From contig CBDBPI010000001.1 in assembly GCA_965208725.1 (NCBI GenBank), positions 969,033 through 1,033,032 of the forward strand: a stretch of DNA of 64,000 bases, written 5' to 3'. Both the position numbers and the translations under genes were made by a program. Below the pieces are notes generated by a model. It did no database searches and was not told the DNA's origin. It saw only the letters and a program-made list of their open reading frames with translations. This document shows positions 9,913 to 19,587 of the stretch, in pieces (positions within the stretch are counted from its first letter, which is position 1; the number at the start of each line of letters is the position of its first letter). Source of the stretch: Dehalococcoidia bacterium. GTDB taxonomy: Bacteria; Chloroflexota; Dehalococcoidia; Lucifugimonadales; GCA-2712585.

Positions 9913-10377
9913 CTACCCCCTCCTCGGCCGCAGCCGGTCCCCGCTGTCCAGCATAATCGTAACCGGGCCGTGATTCTCGATGCTCACCGTCATCAACGCC
10001 CCGAACCGCCCCGTCGCCACCCTCAGCCCAGACTCCCGAAAAAGCTCCACCGCCCGCTCATACAATCCTTCCGCCTCTCCCGGCGGCGCAGCGGCTGTGA
10101 AGTCCGGCCGTCTCCCCTTCCGCGTCCCGGCGTACAGCGTAAACTGACTCACCACCAGCAACTCCGCCCCCACGTCCAACGCCGATAGATTGAAGTGGCC
10201 CGATTCGTCGGCAAAAATCCGCAGGTTCACCGTCTTGCCCACCAGGTATTCCGCGTCCGCCTCAACGTCCCCCCGGGCCACGCCCAGAAGCACAACAAGG
10301 CCACGGCCTATGCTGGCGGTGATTTCGCCGTCAATGGAAACGGATGCTGCCGCTGCCCGCTGGAGCAGGGCCCTCAA
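9913..10377 (-). CDS. dtd: D-aminoacyl-tRNA deacylase
   Basis: MRALLQR, LRIF, LLVVSQFTL, GRRPDF, NHGPVT motifs. Confidence 0.96.
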   Translation of the reverse strand: MRALLQRAAAASVSIDGEITASIGRGLVVLLGVARGDVEADAEYLVGKTVNLRIFADESGHFNLSALDVGAELLVVSQFTLYAGTRKGRRPDFTAAAPPGEAEGLYERAVELFRESGLRVATGRFGALMTVSIENHGPVTIMLDSGDRLRPRRG

Positions 10378-10383
10378 TGGACG

Positions 10384-10728
10384 CTAGTCCCCCGAGCGGG
10401 AACTGCTGGAAACCGCGCTGTCGGAGCCTTTCTTGCTGTCCGAAGCGCTCGACTTGGAAGCGTCCTTCTTCTCCGACTTGGAGGACGCCTTTTCCTTCTT
10501 CTCGGACTCCTCATAAGAGTTGGAACCCGTTCCGTTGGCCCGAAGGCTGGAACGGGCGTAGTCCGTGGTGTAAAAGCCGGAACCCTTGTAGATGATGGGT
10601 ACGGCGTGGAACTTGCGCCGGGAGCGGCTGCCGCACTCCGGGCAGTCGGCCACGGGCTCGTCGCTGAAGCTCTGCTTCATCTCGAACACGTTGCTGCAAC
10701 TGAGGCATTCGTAATCGTAGCGGGGCAC
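10384..10728 (-). CDS. FmdB family zinc-ribbon protein
   Basis: MPRYDYECLSC..CPECG..IIYKGSGFYTTDY with Ser/Lys-rich tail. Confidence 0.92.
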   Translation of the reverse strand: MPRYDYECLSCSNVFEMKQSFSDEPVADCPECGSRSRRKFHAVPIIYKGSGFYTTDYARSSLRANGTGSNSYEESEKKEKASSKSEKKDASKSSASDSKKGSDSAVSSSSRSGD

Positions 10729-10877
10729 CGTTATTCTCTCCGTTTGTTACGTTTTAGCAGTCTCTTGGGCAGATTGCCAACCAGTTTCGCAGTCTAACAA
10801 AGCGCCCACAAACTGTCAATGCCGACAGCGCCCTGCAATGGCTAGACTTGCCACCACCCCAATGGTAACGTTGATTC

Positions 10878-11237
10878 ATGGACCAACCCCAACCCCGATA
10901 CATCGACGTCGAAGTGGAGGAAAACGACAACTGCTGGCCCCTCCATAGAATCTTCCAGACCCTGGGGCCTGTCCAGCCCGTGAAGACCATAGCCGCCCCC
11001 GACCCCATGGGCGTCGACGCCATGTGTAGCGTCACCGGTTGGGCCGACGACGGCCCCTGCCCCGCCTACGCCGTCCCGGTGGCAGATTCCGGCGAGGGTG
11101 TCGTCACCCTCATATTCGGCGGCGACGAGGGCATCCGCCTCAAATCCGTCGACAACGAGGAGCCGTGGGACCTCGAAAGCCCCAACCAGTGGGGAGAACC
11201 CTGCCTCCTCCTCGACCCCGACGTCGAACGGGCCTGA
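10878..11237 (+). CDS. Hypothetical acidic protein, probably leaderless
   Basis: Coding-like codon usage; TAGACT-17bp-TAACGT ends 6 nt before ATG. Confidence 0.7.
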   Translation: MDQPQPRYIDVEVEENDNCWPLHRIFQTLGPVQPVKTIAAPDPMGVDAMCSVTGWADDGPCPAYAVPVADSGEGVVTLIFGGDEGIRLKSVDNEEPWDLESPNQWGEPCLLLDPDVERA

Positions 11238-11329
11238 CGAATCACCGGCCCCACCCCTTCCCGTAGGGGCGACCCTTGTGGTCGCCCTCTGGCATAAATT
11301 CGTAGACTCATGAAAGGAGAAAAACAAAA

Positions 11330-11650
11330 ATGTACGTGAGAATCTTCTGGGGAAAAATCAAACCCGGCCGGTGGGACGAATACGAGGCCCACTACAACGA
11401 AAATATCCAGGCCCTCGGCGAGAAAATGCCCGGCTTCAGCGGCCGGCAGCTTCTACGCAGCACCGAAAACCCCGACGAAGGTATCTCCATCACCTTTTGG
11501 GATACCAAGGATGAGGTGGACGCGTACGATAAGAGTCCCCAGCGACACGCCAACGCCCGCGCCGCCGACCACCTCTACGCCGGTGAGTACTGGGTCAAAC
11601 ACTTCGAAGTCCGCTCCACCGACATCGCCACCTACCGCTGGTCCCCCTAA
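11330..11650 (+). CDS. Antibiotic biosynthesis monooxygenase (ABM) family protein
   Basis: KIKPGRWDEYE..MPGFSGRQLLRSTENPDEGISITFW; AAAGGAG RBS. Confidence 0.85.
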   Translation: MYVRIFWGKIKPGRWDEYEAHYNENIQALGEKMPGFSGRQLLRSTENPDEGISITFWDTKDEVDAYDKSPQRHANARAADHLYAGEYWVKHFEVRSTDIATYRWSP

Positions 11651-12432
11651 TAACCTCCCTCCCCCATCTTCCCCCTCTCCCGTCCTGGAGACCTTTGAAC
11701 AACCGTCATTCCGGCGAAAGCCGGAATCCAGAATTGCGCGATTTAGCTATGACTCTAGCAGGACAACGCAACAATCTGAACCTGTTTCGGCAGTTACACA
11801 AAGCTCTCCCGTCCTGGGAGAAGGTTGGCGTGAGGGTCAATCCCCTCCTCCCCCTAGATGGAGACCTGTGCATTACCCTCTCCGAAGCCTTCCAAAACCT
11901 CTTCCCCCTTGACGGGGGAAGATTGAGATGGGGGTGATTCGGACGGGATGGGTGACGCACTAGGCAGTTACACAAAGCTCTCCGTCCTGGAAGTCGGCTG
12001 GGGTGAGGACGACTCCTCCTCCCCATCTTCCCCCTTCTCCCTCTATGGAGAGGGCGCGGTGAGGGTGAATCCCCCACTATCTACATGTCATCCGTGGTGG
12101 CGTCCCCGTAGCCGCCCGCACCCCTCTTCGTCATTGCAAACTTACCGTGATGCAATGACCCCACGGCGGGGTTGCGGTGGGCGGTATACCCCCCATCTTC
12201 CCCCCTCTCCCTCTTCAGCCTTCCCCCTTGACGGGGGAAGGTTTGGATGGGGGTGATTCTCCCCCTCCTTTCCCCCACCCCCGCGAAAGCGGGGGCCAAC
12301 TCTTAAACTTCTACCTACTCCAACCTCTCCCGTAGGATCGGGTTTGAAACCCGCACTCAGAGATATTCCCCCACGGTTGCCCCACACCCCATCACCCACG
12401 CCCAACCCCAAACTTGCCGTCACGCAGTGACC
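11651..12432. repeat. REP-like palindrome cluster with MITE copy 2 (11688-11808) and a solo MITE right end (about 11963-11982)
   Basis: Recurrent hairpin motifs; GAGACCTTTG...CAAAGCTCTC. Confidence 0.85.
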
Positions 12433-13377
12433 CTAAACCATAAACACCGGATTCTCGTCCGTCACCACCCGCGTCTCCTCGGCTATCCCCTCCCGCAGGT
12501 AGCTCGGCAGCGAGAACATGTGCCGGTGCGTCTCCCCGTCGTAGAAGCGTAACTTCCGTCCGAACCGCTCCCGGATCAACCCGTCCACCTCCGCAGGCTC
12601 CGTCGGAACCCTCGCACCCCCGTCCGCCAGCGCCATCGTGAACGTCCACGGTGTCACGAACGACGCCACGTAGGTCGAATAAGGAAGCACCTTCGCCGCA
12701 AGCCCAGACAGCGTATGCACAATCGCCGTGAAGCACTCCTTGTGGTTCAGCGGGCTCCCCGGCCCCGACTGCGTCACCAGCACCCCGCCCGGATTCAACC
12801 GCCCCAGCGCCGTCTGATAAAACTCCCGCGTATATAAGGTGTAAGCCGTCCCCTCCTCCAGCGGGTCCACCAGGTCCAGAATCATCACGTCGTACCTGTC
12901 AGACGTATTCTCCAGAAACCCCCGCGCGTCCTCGTGCAGCAACTGCGTCTTGGAATCGTCGAATGCCCCCCTGCTGTGCGTCGGCAGATGCATCCGCGAC
13001 AGCTCCACCACCTGCGCGTCCAGGTCCACCATCGTCACCCGCTCTACGCTGGGATGAATCAAAGCCTCCCGCAGCGTCGCCCCCTCTCCGCCGCCGCCGA
13101 TGAACACCGACCTCGGCTCGGGATGAGCCAGCATCGCCGGATGCACCAGCGCTTCGTGGTAGATGTGCTCGTCGAAGGTCGCCGACTGGGTCTTCCCGTC
13201 CAGCACCAGCGAACGCCCAAGGCTCTCAGTCTCCAGGATCTCCACCGACTGGTATGGCGTCTTCCCGGAGTAGACGTAGCTCTTCACCCGGTACATCATC
13301 ACCAGGTCGGGGGTGATGAGCTCGAAGAACCACTTCCCTTCCGGGCCCGCGGTCGGCCCGGATTCAGGAGCGGGCAA
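12433..13377 (-). CDS. speE: Polyamine aminopropyltransferase (spermidine synthase)
   Basis: LVLDGKTQS..DEHIYHEALVHP, IGGGGEGATLRE, YDVMILDLVDP. Confidence 0.95.
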   Translation of the reverse strand: MPAPESGPTAGPEGKWFFELITPDLVMMYRVKSYVYSGKTPYQSVEILETESLGRSLVLDGKTQSATFDEHIYHEALVHPAMLAHPEPRSVFIGGGGEGATLREALIHPSVERVTMVDLDAQVVELSRMHLPTHSRGAFDDSKTQLLHEDARGFLENTSDRYDVMILDLVDPLEEGTAYTLYTREFYQTALGRLNPGGVLVTQSGPGSPLNHKECFTAIVHTLSGLAAKVLPYSTYVASFVTPWTFTMALADGGARVPTEPAEVDGLIRERFGRKLRFYDGETHRHMFSLPSYLREGIAEETRVVTDENPVFMV

Positions 13378-13735
13378 CGCTTGCCGGAGCCTCTATGCCC
13401 CGCTCTATTGTCTGTATCGATGGGTCCTTCGACTCCAACCTCTCGATTAGGACCCGCGCCGCCGCCTGTGGATTTTGCTCTAACCCGCAGGTGAAGATGT
13501 CCGCCGCCGCGTAGTCAAGCTCCGGCCAGGTGTGAATGCTCAGGTGGGATTCGGCGATGGCCAGCACGCCCGTTATCCCCTGGGGGTTGAACCGGTGAAA
13601 CGACTCCCCGATTATCTGGGCGTCCATGAACTTGGCTGCCTCTACCATCGTCTCCTTGACGTACTCCAGGTCGTCCAACAGACTCGGATTGCACTGCCTT
13701 AGTTCAAGCAGCAAATGTATCCCTAACGCATTCAA
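13364..13735 (-). CDS. speD: S-adenosylmethionine decarboxylase proenzyme
   Basis: GIHLLLEL, FNPQGITG, AESHLSIHTWPE, DIFTCG; adjacent to speE. Confidence 0.96.
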   Translation of the reverse strand: MNALGIHLLLELRQCNPSLLDDLEYVKETMVEAAKFMDAQIIGESFHRFNPQGITGVLAIAESHLSIHTWPELDYAAADIFTCGLEQNPQAAARVLIERLESKDPSIQTIERGIEAPASVARS

Positions 13736-13809
13736 TCACCTGCCCCCTCATAGAACTCAAACACAGACCAAAATTCTAGACCCTACGCCCATATCACACA
13801 AGACCTTTG

Positions 13810-14089
13810 GCTGGAAAACGAAGCCCCCTCTTCACCTCTTCCCCCTCTGTCATTCTGAGCAAAGCGCAGCGAAGTCGAGGAATCTCGTTCCCAGCCACCA
13901 AACCCCTCCCCCAAACTTGCCGCAACGCAGTTGCCCCCACCCCCGCGCAAGCGGGGGCCCACTCTTCAACCGAAATCGCCAAACCCCGTCACCCCAAATT
14001 GCTCATCCTGAGCCTGTCGAGCGGACGAAGCGTAGCCATTTAACCCCATTCCCAGCCACCAAGCCCCTCCCCCACGCCCAACCCCGAAC
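13810..14089. repeat. REP-like palindrome cluster
   Basis: GTCATTCTGAGC..GAATCT, CCCCCGCGCAAGCGGGGG, CTGAGCCTGTCGA motifs. Confidence 0.8.
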
Positions 14090-15088
14090 TTACCGCAACG
14101 AAGTTGCCTCCAAAACCGCGTCAATATCGCAATGTTCGCGCAGAAGCTCCAAAAACCGCGACACCTTCTGCGGATGGTACGGATTCGCCTCCTCCAGCGC
14201 CCCGCCCAACGCCGCAACCGCTTCCGCCGTCCGATGAGGTGTCACCATCAACGGCACGTCCAGCTGCTCCACCTCGTGAAGCAGGTACTCCACCGGCTGG
14301 TGCCCTCCCGTGTTGATCATCCCCACCACCGGCCCCGTCAGCGCCGAAAGCTGAATATCCGGCCGGTCCCCCCGCACAATAACCGCCTTGTTGTCCATCC
14401 GGTTGAAATAGTGGTCCCCCGAGTCCATGAAGTTGCCGCCGATGAGATACTGCTCCACCAGGCTGTCCCCCTGTTCCTCTCCCCACACCCAGCTCCCCTC
14501 CAGCGCCGCCGCTACCTGGTTCAGACTCACCGAAAGCATCAGCCGGTCTTCCGGCACCACCCCTAGCGCCTGCGACCCCAGCATCCCCTCGACCTCGTGC
14601 GCCCGGTGTCTGATGGCCCGGTTGACGAACACCCCCAGCAGGTCCTCCCCGAAGGCCTCGCCCATGCGCTCCAATTCGTCCTCATAGCCCCCCGACTCGT
14701 AGTCCAGCACCGCCAGCGTCTTCGCATTCAGCCCCCGCGCCACGTGATAGGAGATGTCCTTCAGGTCCTGGTCTTCGACGGCGAGGCTCGCCCCCTCCAC
14801 CACCAGCACGTCGCAGTCCTGCGCCGTAGCCACCCCTGCCTCCACCTGCTCCACCACCACCGCCGGCGTGGGATGCGCCAGCGCCGCCACCCGCAGGTCC
14901 ACCGGCCCCAGCGCCTTGACGCCCATTTCCGCCGCGAAATCCACGTCCGCGTCGCTGTGCGGGTCGACGCAGAAGGGCTTGAAATACCCCGCCTTCATCC
15001 CCTTATTTCGCAGCGCAAGCACAAGGGCCATGGCGGTCACCGTCTTGCCCGCACCGGGCCTGTCGGAAGCTACGTATAACACCTTCAT
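14090..15088 (-). CDS. Phosphotransacetylase N-terminal-like (BioD-like AAA plus DRTGG) protein
   Basis: MKVLYVAS..GAGKT, GYFKP, VLVVEG, VIVRGDRPDIQ, INTGG; start at ATG 15088, upstream extension is repeat DNA. Confidence 0.85.
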   Translation of the reverse strand: MKVLYVASDRPGAGKTVTAMALVLALRNKGMKAGYFKPFCVDPHSDADVDFAAEMGVKALGPVDLRVAALAHPTPAVVVEQVEAGVATAQDCDVLVVEGASLAVEDQDLKDISYHVARGLNAKTLAVLDYESGGYEDELERMGEAFGEDLLGVFVNRAIRHRAHEVEGMLGSQALGVVPEDRLMLSVSLNQVAAALEGSWVWGEEQGDSLVEQYLIGGNFMDSGDHYFNRMDNKAVIVRGDRPDIQLSALTGPVVGMINTGGHQPVEYLLHEVEQLDVPLMVTPHRTAEAVAALGGALEEANPYHPQKVSRFLELLREHCDIDAVLEATSLR

Positions 15089-15139
15089 TTCGCTTCGCCT
15101 GACACCTCCGCAAACTCGCCGATATTCTATCACAGCCTT

Positions 15140-15425
15140 CCCCCAGCCGCTCATCCTGAGCTCATCCTGAGCTTGCCGAAGGACGAAGGGCGCCCCCCTC
15201 TTCCCCCTCTCCCGTCCTGGAGACCTTTGAACAACCGTCATTCCGGCGGAAGCCGGAATCCAGAAATGCGCGATTTAACTATGACTAGGGCGGGACAACG
15301 CCACAATCTGAACCTGTTTCGGCAGTTACGCAAAGGTTTCCGTCCTGGAAGAGGGTTGGGGTGAGGGTACTCCCCTCTTCATCCTTCCCCCTTGACGGGG
15401 GAAGGTTTGGATGGGGGTGATTCCC
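15140..15425. repeat. REP-like cluster containing MITE copy 3 (15220-15340)
   Basis: CGTCCTG-GAGACCTTTG...CAAAGGTTTC-CGTCCTG. Confidence 0.85.
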
Positions 15426-15502
15426 TCTCACCCCCCTTTTGACTACCCGCCCCCTCTCAACTACACTTCCCCCGTCGACACAAACTGCATTGGGGGTGCA
15501 AA

Positions 15503-16480
15503 ATGGCCGTCGTCAACTCCGTCTTGGGACCTCTCGACACCTCGGACCTTGGGTTCACTCTGACCCACGAGCACATAACCACCGGCTCCGCCGGATTCCG
15601 ATTCACCTACCCGGAAATGGCCGACCGACAGCGCATTGAGGAAGTCGCTGTAGATCTCCTCACCCAGGCCTGCCAGGAGGGCGTCGACACCATCGTCGAC
15701 TGCACCCCCATGGACCTCGACCGCGACGTCTCCCTCATCCAGGCCGTCTCCAAGGCCAGCGGCGTCAACATCATCTGCGCCACCGGCAGTCATCTATACG
15801 TCCCCCACGATTTCTACCAGACCATGTTTGAGTGGATGGACCCCATCCCCGCCGACCGTGTCGCCGACCTCTGGACCCGCGAAATCGAAGAGGGCATCGA
15901 AGATACGGACATCAAGGCTGGCATCATCAAGGTCGCCACCAATGACCCCATCCGCCCGCCCGAGGAGCTGATGCTCCGCGCCGCCGCCCGCACACACCTC
16001 CGCACCGGCGTCCTCATCACCACCCACACCCCCCACACCTCCCGCGTCGGCCTCGACCAGATCCGCATCCTCCGCGAGGAGGGCGTCGACATGAGCAAGG
16101 TCTACATAGGCCACGTCAACAGCACCCTCGACCACGACTACCATAAGCGCATGATGGAAGAAGGCGTCTGGCTCGGCATGGACCACTTCAGCCCCAGCGG
16201 CCCGCCCACAACCCCCGACTGGCGCGCTCGTTCCGCCTTCATCCGAGACCTCATCGACGACGGCTACGGAGACCGCATCATGCTCTCCCACGACTGGAAC
16301 GTGAAGGGCGTCGCCTGCTGCAACCCACTCTCCTCCACCGGCGAAACCATGCCCGACGGCTACCTCTGGATTACCCGCGGCGTCCTTCCCTACATGCGCG
16401 AACTCGGCGTCGCCGACACCGCCATCGACAGCCTCATGGTCCAAAACCCCCGCCGCTTCTTCGAAGAAACCGGCCAATAA
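15503..16480 (+). CDS. Phosphotriesterase-related amidohydrolase
   Basis: NSVLGP..LGFTLTHEH, TIVDCT, AGIIKVA, ITTHT, IGH, MLSHD, NPRRFF. Confidence 0.93.
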   Translation: MAVVNSVLGPLDTSDLGFTLTHEHITTGSAGFRFTYPEMADRQRIEEVAVDLLTQACQEGVDTIVDCTPMDLDRDVSLIQAVSKASGVNIICATGSHLYVPHDFYQTMFEWMDPIPADRVADLWTREIEEGIEDTDIKAGIIKVATNDPIRPPEELMLRAAARTHLRTGVLITTHTPHTSRVGLDQIRILREEGVDMSKVYIGHVNSTLDHDYHKRMMEEGVWLGMDHFSPSGPPTTPDWRARSAFIRDLIDDGYGDRIMLSHDWNVKGVACCNPLSSTGETMPDGYLWITRGVLPYMRELGVADTAIDSLMVQNPRRFFEETGQ

Positions 16481-16499
16481 CTTTCTATGAAGCCAACTC

Positions 16500-16912
16500 G
16501 CACTCGCGTGAAACTCCCTTCCCCCTCGACGGGGGAAGATTAGGATGGGGGTGACTCTCCCTCAACCACATGTCATTCGTAGGGGCGGCTTCCCATCTTC
16601 CCCTTCTCCCGTCCTGGGAGAGGGTTGGGGTGAGGGTAATTTCCCCGCTCCCCCTTCCCCACCCCCGCGAAAGCGGGGGCCCACTCGCAACCCACGCCAA
16701 ACCCTAACCCATTATCGCCCAACCCTTCCCCTTCTCCGTAGGGGCGTGTTTCAAACCCGCCCTCTTCCTTCTCTACCCACTTGCAATCCGTAGGGTCGGT
16801 TCGCGAACCGACCGCTTCCTCTGTCCTCGCGCCTCCGTAGCCGCGTTCCCTTCCCCCACCCCCGCGAACGCGGGGGCCCACTCTTCCTTCTCCCTTCGTC
16901 GCCACGCAGTCA
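16500..16912. repeat. REP-like palindrome cluster
   Basis: Several GTAGGG-type and CCCCCGCGAAAGCGGGGG hairpins. Confidence 0.85.
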
Positions 16913-16914
16913 CC

Positions 16915-16943
16915 TTGAAGCATGACTGCATTAATGCTATCAT
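16915..16943 (+). promoter_or_regulatory. hicAB promoter/operator, leaderless transcript
   Basis: TTGAAG-17bp-TATCAT 6 nt before GTG; imperfect palindrome ATGACTGCATTAATGCTATCAT. Confidence 0.65.
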
Positions 16944-16949
16944 CATTGG

Positions 16950-17189
16950 GTGGACAAGGACTTAGAAAAGGTCAGGCGCAACCCCCGTAACGTCCGCTTC
17001 AATGACCTTCGTAAGCTCTGTGACCGCTACTTTGGAAATCCGAGGCAGCGTGGGAGCCACCTCTTCTATAAAGTCCCGTGGCAAGGCCCGCCCCTGGTGA
17101 ATATCCAACCCATGAGAGGCATGGCCAAGGACTACCAGGTACGACAAGTGCTTCAGGCAATCGTGAAATTGGAGGAGTTAAATGACTGA
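16950..17189 (+). CDS. hicA: HicA family toxin
   Basis: NPRNVRFNDL..RQRGSH..VNIQ..AKDYQVRQV. Confidence 0.9.
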   Translation: MDKDLEKVRRNPRNVRFNDLRKLCDRYFGNPRQRGSHLFYKVPWQGPPLVNIQPMRGMAKDYQVRQVLQAIVKLEELND

Positions 17190-17520
17190 TTTCGAGGACA
17201 AATATACCTATCGAGTCATCTGGTGGGAGCCGGATGGTATGTATGTGGGGCTCTGCGCCGAATTCCCGTTGCTCAGTCACCTGGACGATACCCCCGAAAA
17301 GGCATTTGCAGGCATTCGAGATGTTGTAGCCTTTGCTGTGGAAATCCTTCAAGAGGATGGCGACCCTATCCCGGAACCCCTGTCCACCAAACACTTCAGC
17401 GGCACCATCACGGTGCGCGTGCCGCCGGATACCCATCGCGCTCTGGCAATGGACGCCGCCGAGGCGGGCGTCAGCATGAACCGCTTAGCCAGCGAACGAC
17501 TCGCCAATCGCTTTAGATAG
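17182..17520 (+). CDS. hicB: HicB family antitoxin
   Basis: YTYRVIW..YVGLCAEFP..PIPEPLS..FSGTITVRVPPDTHRALA..GVSMN. Confidence 0.92.
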   Translation: MTDFEDKYTYRVIWWEPDGMYVGLCAEFPLLSHLDDTPEKAFAGIRDVVAFAVEILQEDGDPIPEPLSTKHFSGTITVRVPPDTHRALAMDAAEAGVSMNRLASERLANRFR

Positions 17521-17652
17521 CCAATAACCCCTTCCACAAATCCCTTCTCCCTTGACGGGGGAAGGTTAGAGCCTGCCCCGTACTTGATACGGGGATCGGG
17601 GTGAAGTCCTCATCCCTTCTCCATTCCCCAACTCCAACAAAAGGTGGTCCAA

Positions 17653-18564
17653 ATGGAACGCAAACTCCCAACCCGCGACGATGTCCTCTCCTATCTCCGC
17701 GACCGCAGCAACTGGGGCCGTTGGCCAGACAACGGCAGCGCCGGCGCCCTCAACCTCATCGACGACGCTAAACGCCTCGCCGCTGCAAAGCTCGTCCGGA
17801 AAGGACGCGCCGTCTCCCTCAGCCGCCCCTTCCCAACCGAACCCTCCATCGAAAACCCCCGTCCCGCCCTCCAGTACCTCTTCACCAACGAACGCGAAGG
17901 CGGCTGGGGGTCCTCCATGGACTTCTACGGCATCACCTACCACGGCACCGCCACCACCCACATCGACGCCCTATGCCACATTTGGACCCCCGACGGCATG
18001 TGGGACGGACGCGACCCCAAGGAGGAATTGACCTTCACCGGCGCCAAGTACGGCTCCGTCGACGCCTGGAGCGAGGGAATCCTCACCCGCGGCGTCCTCC
18101 TCGACGTCCCCAAGCACCGCGGCAAGCCCTACGTCACCCTGGACGAACCCGTCCACGGCTGGGAGCTCGAGGACATCCTCGAAGCCGAAGGCATCCAGTT
18201 GGAACCCGGCGACGCCGTGGCCGTCTACAGCGGACGCGAAGCCTACACCCGCGAATTCGGAAGCTGGGGTGGCGGCGAGTCCCGCGCCGGTCTCCACGCC
18301 TCCTGCCTACCCTTCATCCGCGACAACGACATCGCCATCCTCATCTGGGACATGATGGACGCCGCCCCCAACGACTACGGCTTCTCCCACACCGTCCACG
18401 GTGTCATCCCCGCCTACGGCGTCGCCCTCCTCGACAACGCCCTCCTCGAACCTTTGGCGAAGGTCTGCGCCGAAGAGGGACGCTACACCTTCATGATGAG
18501 CATCAACCCCCTCGTCGTCATCGGCGGCACCGGCTCCCCCGTAAACCCCATCGCCACCTTCTAA
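17653..18564 (+). CDS. Cyclase family protein (kynurenine formamidase-like metal hydrolase)
   Basis: SNWGRW, HGTATTHIDALCH, TRGVLLDVP, GGTGSPVNPIA. Confidence 0.92.
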   Translation: MERKLPTRDDVLSYLRDRSNWGRWPDNGSAGALNLIDDAKRLAAAKLVRKGRAVSLSRPFPTEPSIENPRPALQYLFTNEREGGWGSSMDFYGITYHGTATTHIDALCHIWTPDGMWDGRDPKEELTFTGAKYGSVDAWSEGILTRGVLLDVPKHRGKPYVTLDEPVHGWELEDILEAEGIQLEPGDAVAVYSGREAYTREFGSWGGGESRAGLHASCLPFIRDNDIAILIWDMMDAAPNDYGFSHTVHGVIPAYGVALLDNALLEPLAKVCAEEGRYTFMMSINPLVVIGGTGSPVNPIATF

Positions 18565-18970
18565 CTTTATCCCCGCGGAGGCGGGAACCCCCTCTTTCCC
18601 CCCTCCTGTCCTGGGAGAGGGTTGGGGTGAGGGTCCCCTCTTACCTCCTCCCCCTTGACGGGGGAAGATTGAGATGGGGGTGACTCCCCCACCCCAGCCG
18701 CTCATCCTGAGCTTGTCGAAGGACCACTCCCCCTTCCCCATCCCCGCGAAGGCGGGGACCCACTCTCAATCCAAGCGAGACTCACCACCATAACCCCCGA
18801 ACTCCCTTGCCCTTCTTCCCCCTCTCCCGTCCTGGGAGAGGGTTGGGGTGAGGGTACTCTTCCCTCCCCACCGTCATTCCCGCCTAGGCACCAAACCCCT
18901 CAACCCACCCCCAACTCTGCTAAACTTGCCGCAACGAAGTTGCCTAGACTTGTCGCAACGCAGTGGCCCC
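18565..18970. repeat. REP-like palindrome cluster
   Basis: Two CCCTC(T)CCGTCCTGGGAGAGGGTTGGGGTGAGGG units plus other families. Confidence 0.85.
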
Positions 18971-19014
18971 CTGTTACGCTCCTGCCATCAACCACAACAA
19001 CCGCCAACAAAATA

Positions 19015-19587
19015 ATGAAACAGTCCCCCCAAGCCCGTTGCAAACACCAACCCCCCCAACCCAAAACCCGCCGCCGTAAAACCCTGTTCCCGCGAAGGCG
19101 GGAATCCATCCCTTTCCTCCCCAACGAAGTTGCCCCAACCCTCGGCGGCCGCCTATTCGCATCTCTTGACCAACGCCTCATTGCAGGTCTCCTAGACCTG
19201 ATAGCCATGATTCTCCTGTACTTGGCCCTCGGCCTCCTCCTGGCCGTTACCGCCCGCCTGGGAGGATTCCTCGACCCACTGCCCCTATGGGCCCTATCGC
19301 TGATTCAACTCTACCTGCCCGCCCTGGCCTACGGCATCCTCACCCTCCGACTCTACAGCGCCTCCGCGGGCAAGCGACTCCTCGGAATCCAGGTGCTGCG
19401 CTCCGACGAGTCAAGAATCGGCTGGGCCCGCGCCGTCGTGCGAGAACTCGTAAAACTTTCCCCGCTGCTCCCCGTTGTCCTGCTCATGATGGCTCTCAGA
19501 AACGACAACCGCGGCCTCCACGACATCCTCGCCGATACCTTCGTGGTCCACGCCACCCCCGGCATCCCCGCCTCCCGCATCGAATAA
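19015..19587 (+). CDS. RDD family membrane protein; start uncertain
   Basis: ASLDQRLIAGLLD, SAGKRLLGIQV, RAVVRE, RGLHDILADTFVV. Confidence 0.78.
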   Translation: MKQSPQARCKHQPPQPKTRRRKTLFPRRRESIPFLPNEVAPTLGGRLFASLDQRLIAGLLDLIAMILLYLALGLLLAVTARLGGFLDPLPLWALSLIQLYLPALAYGILTLRLYSASAGKRLLGIQVLRSDESRIGWARAVVRELVKLSPLLPVVLLMMALRNDNRGLHDILADTFVVHATPGIPASRIE

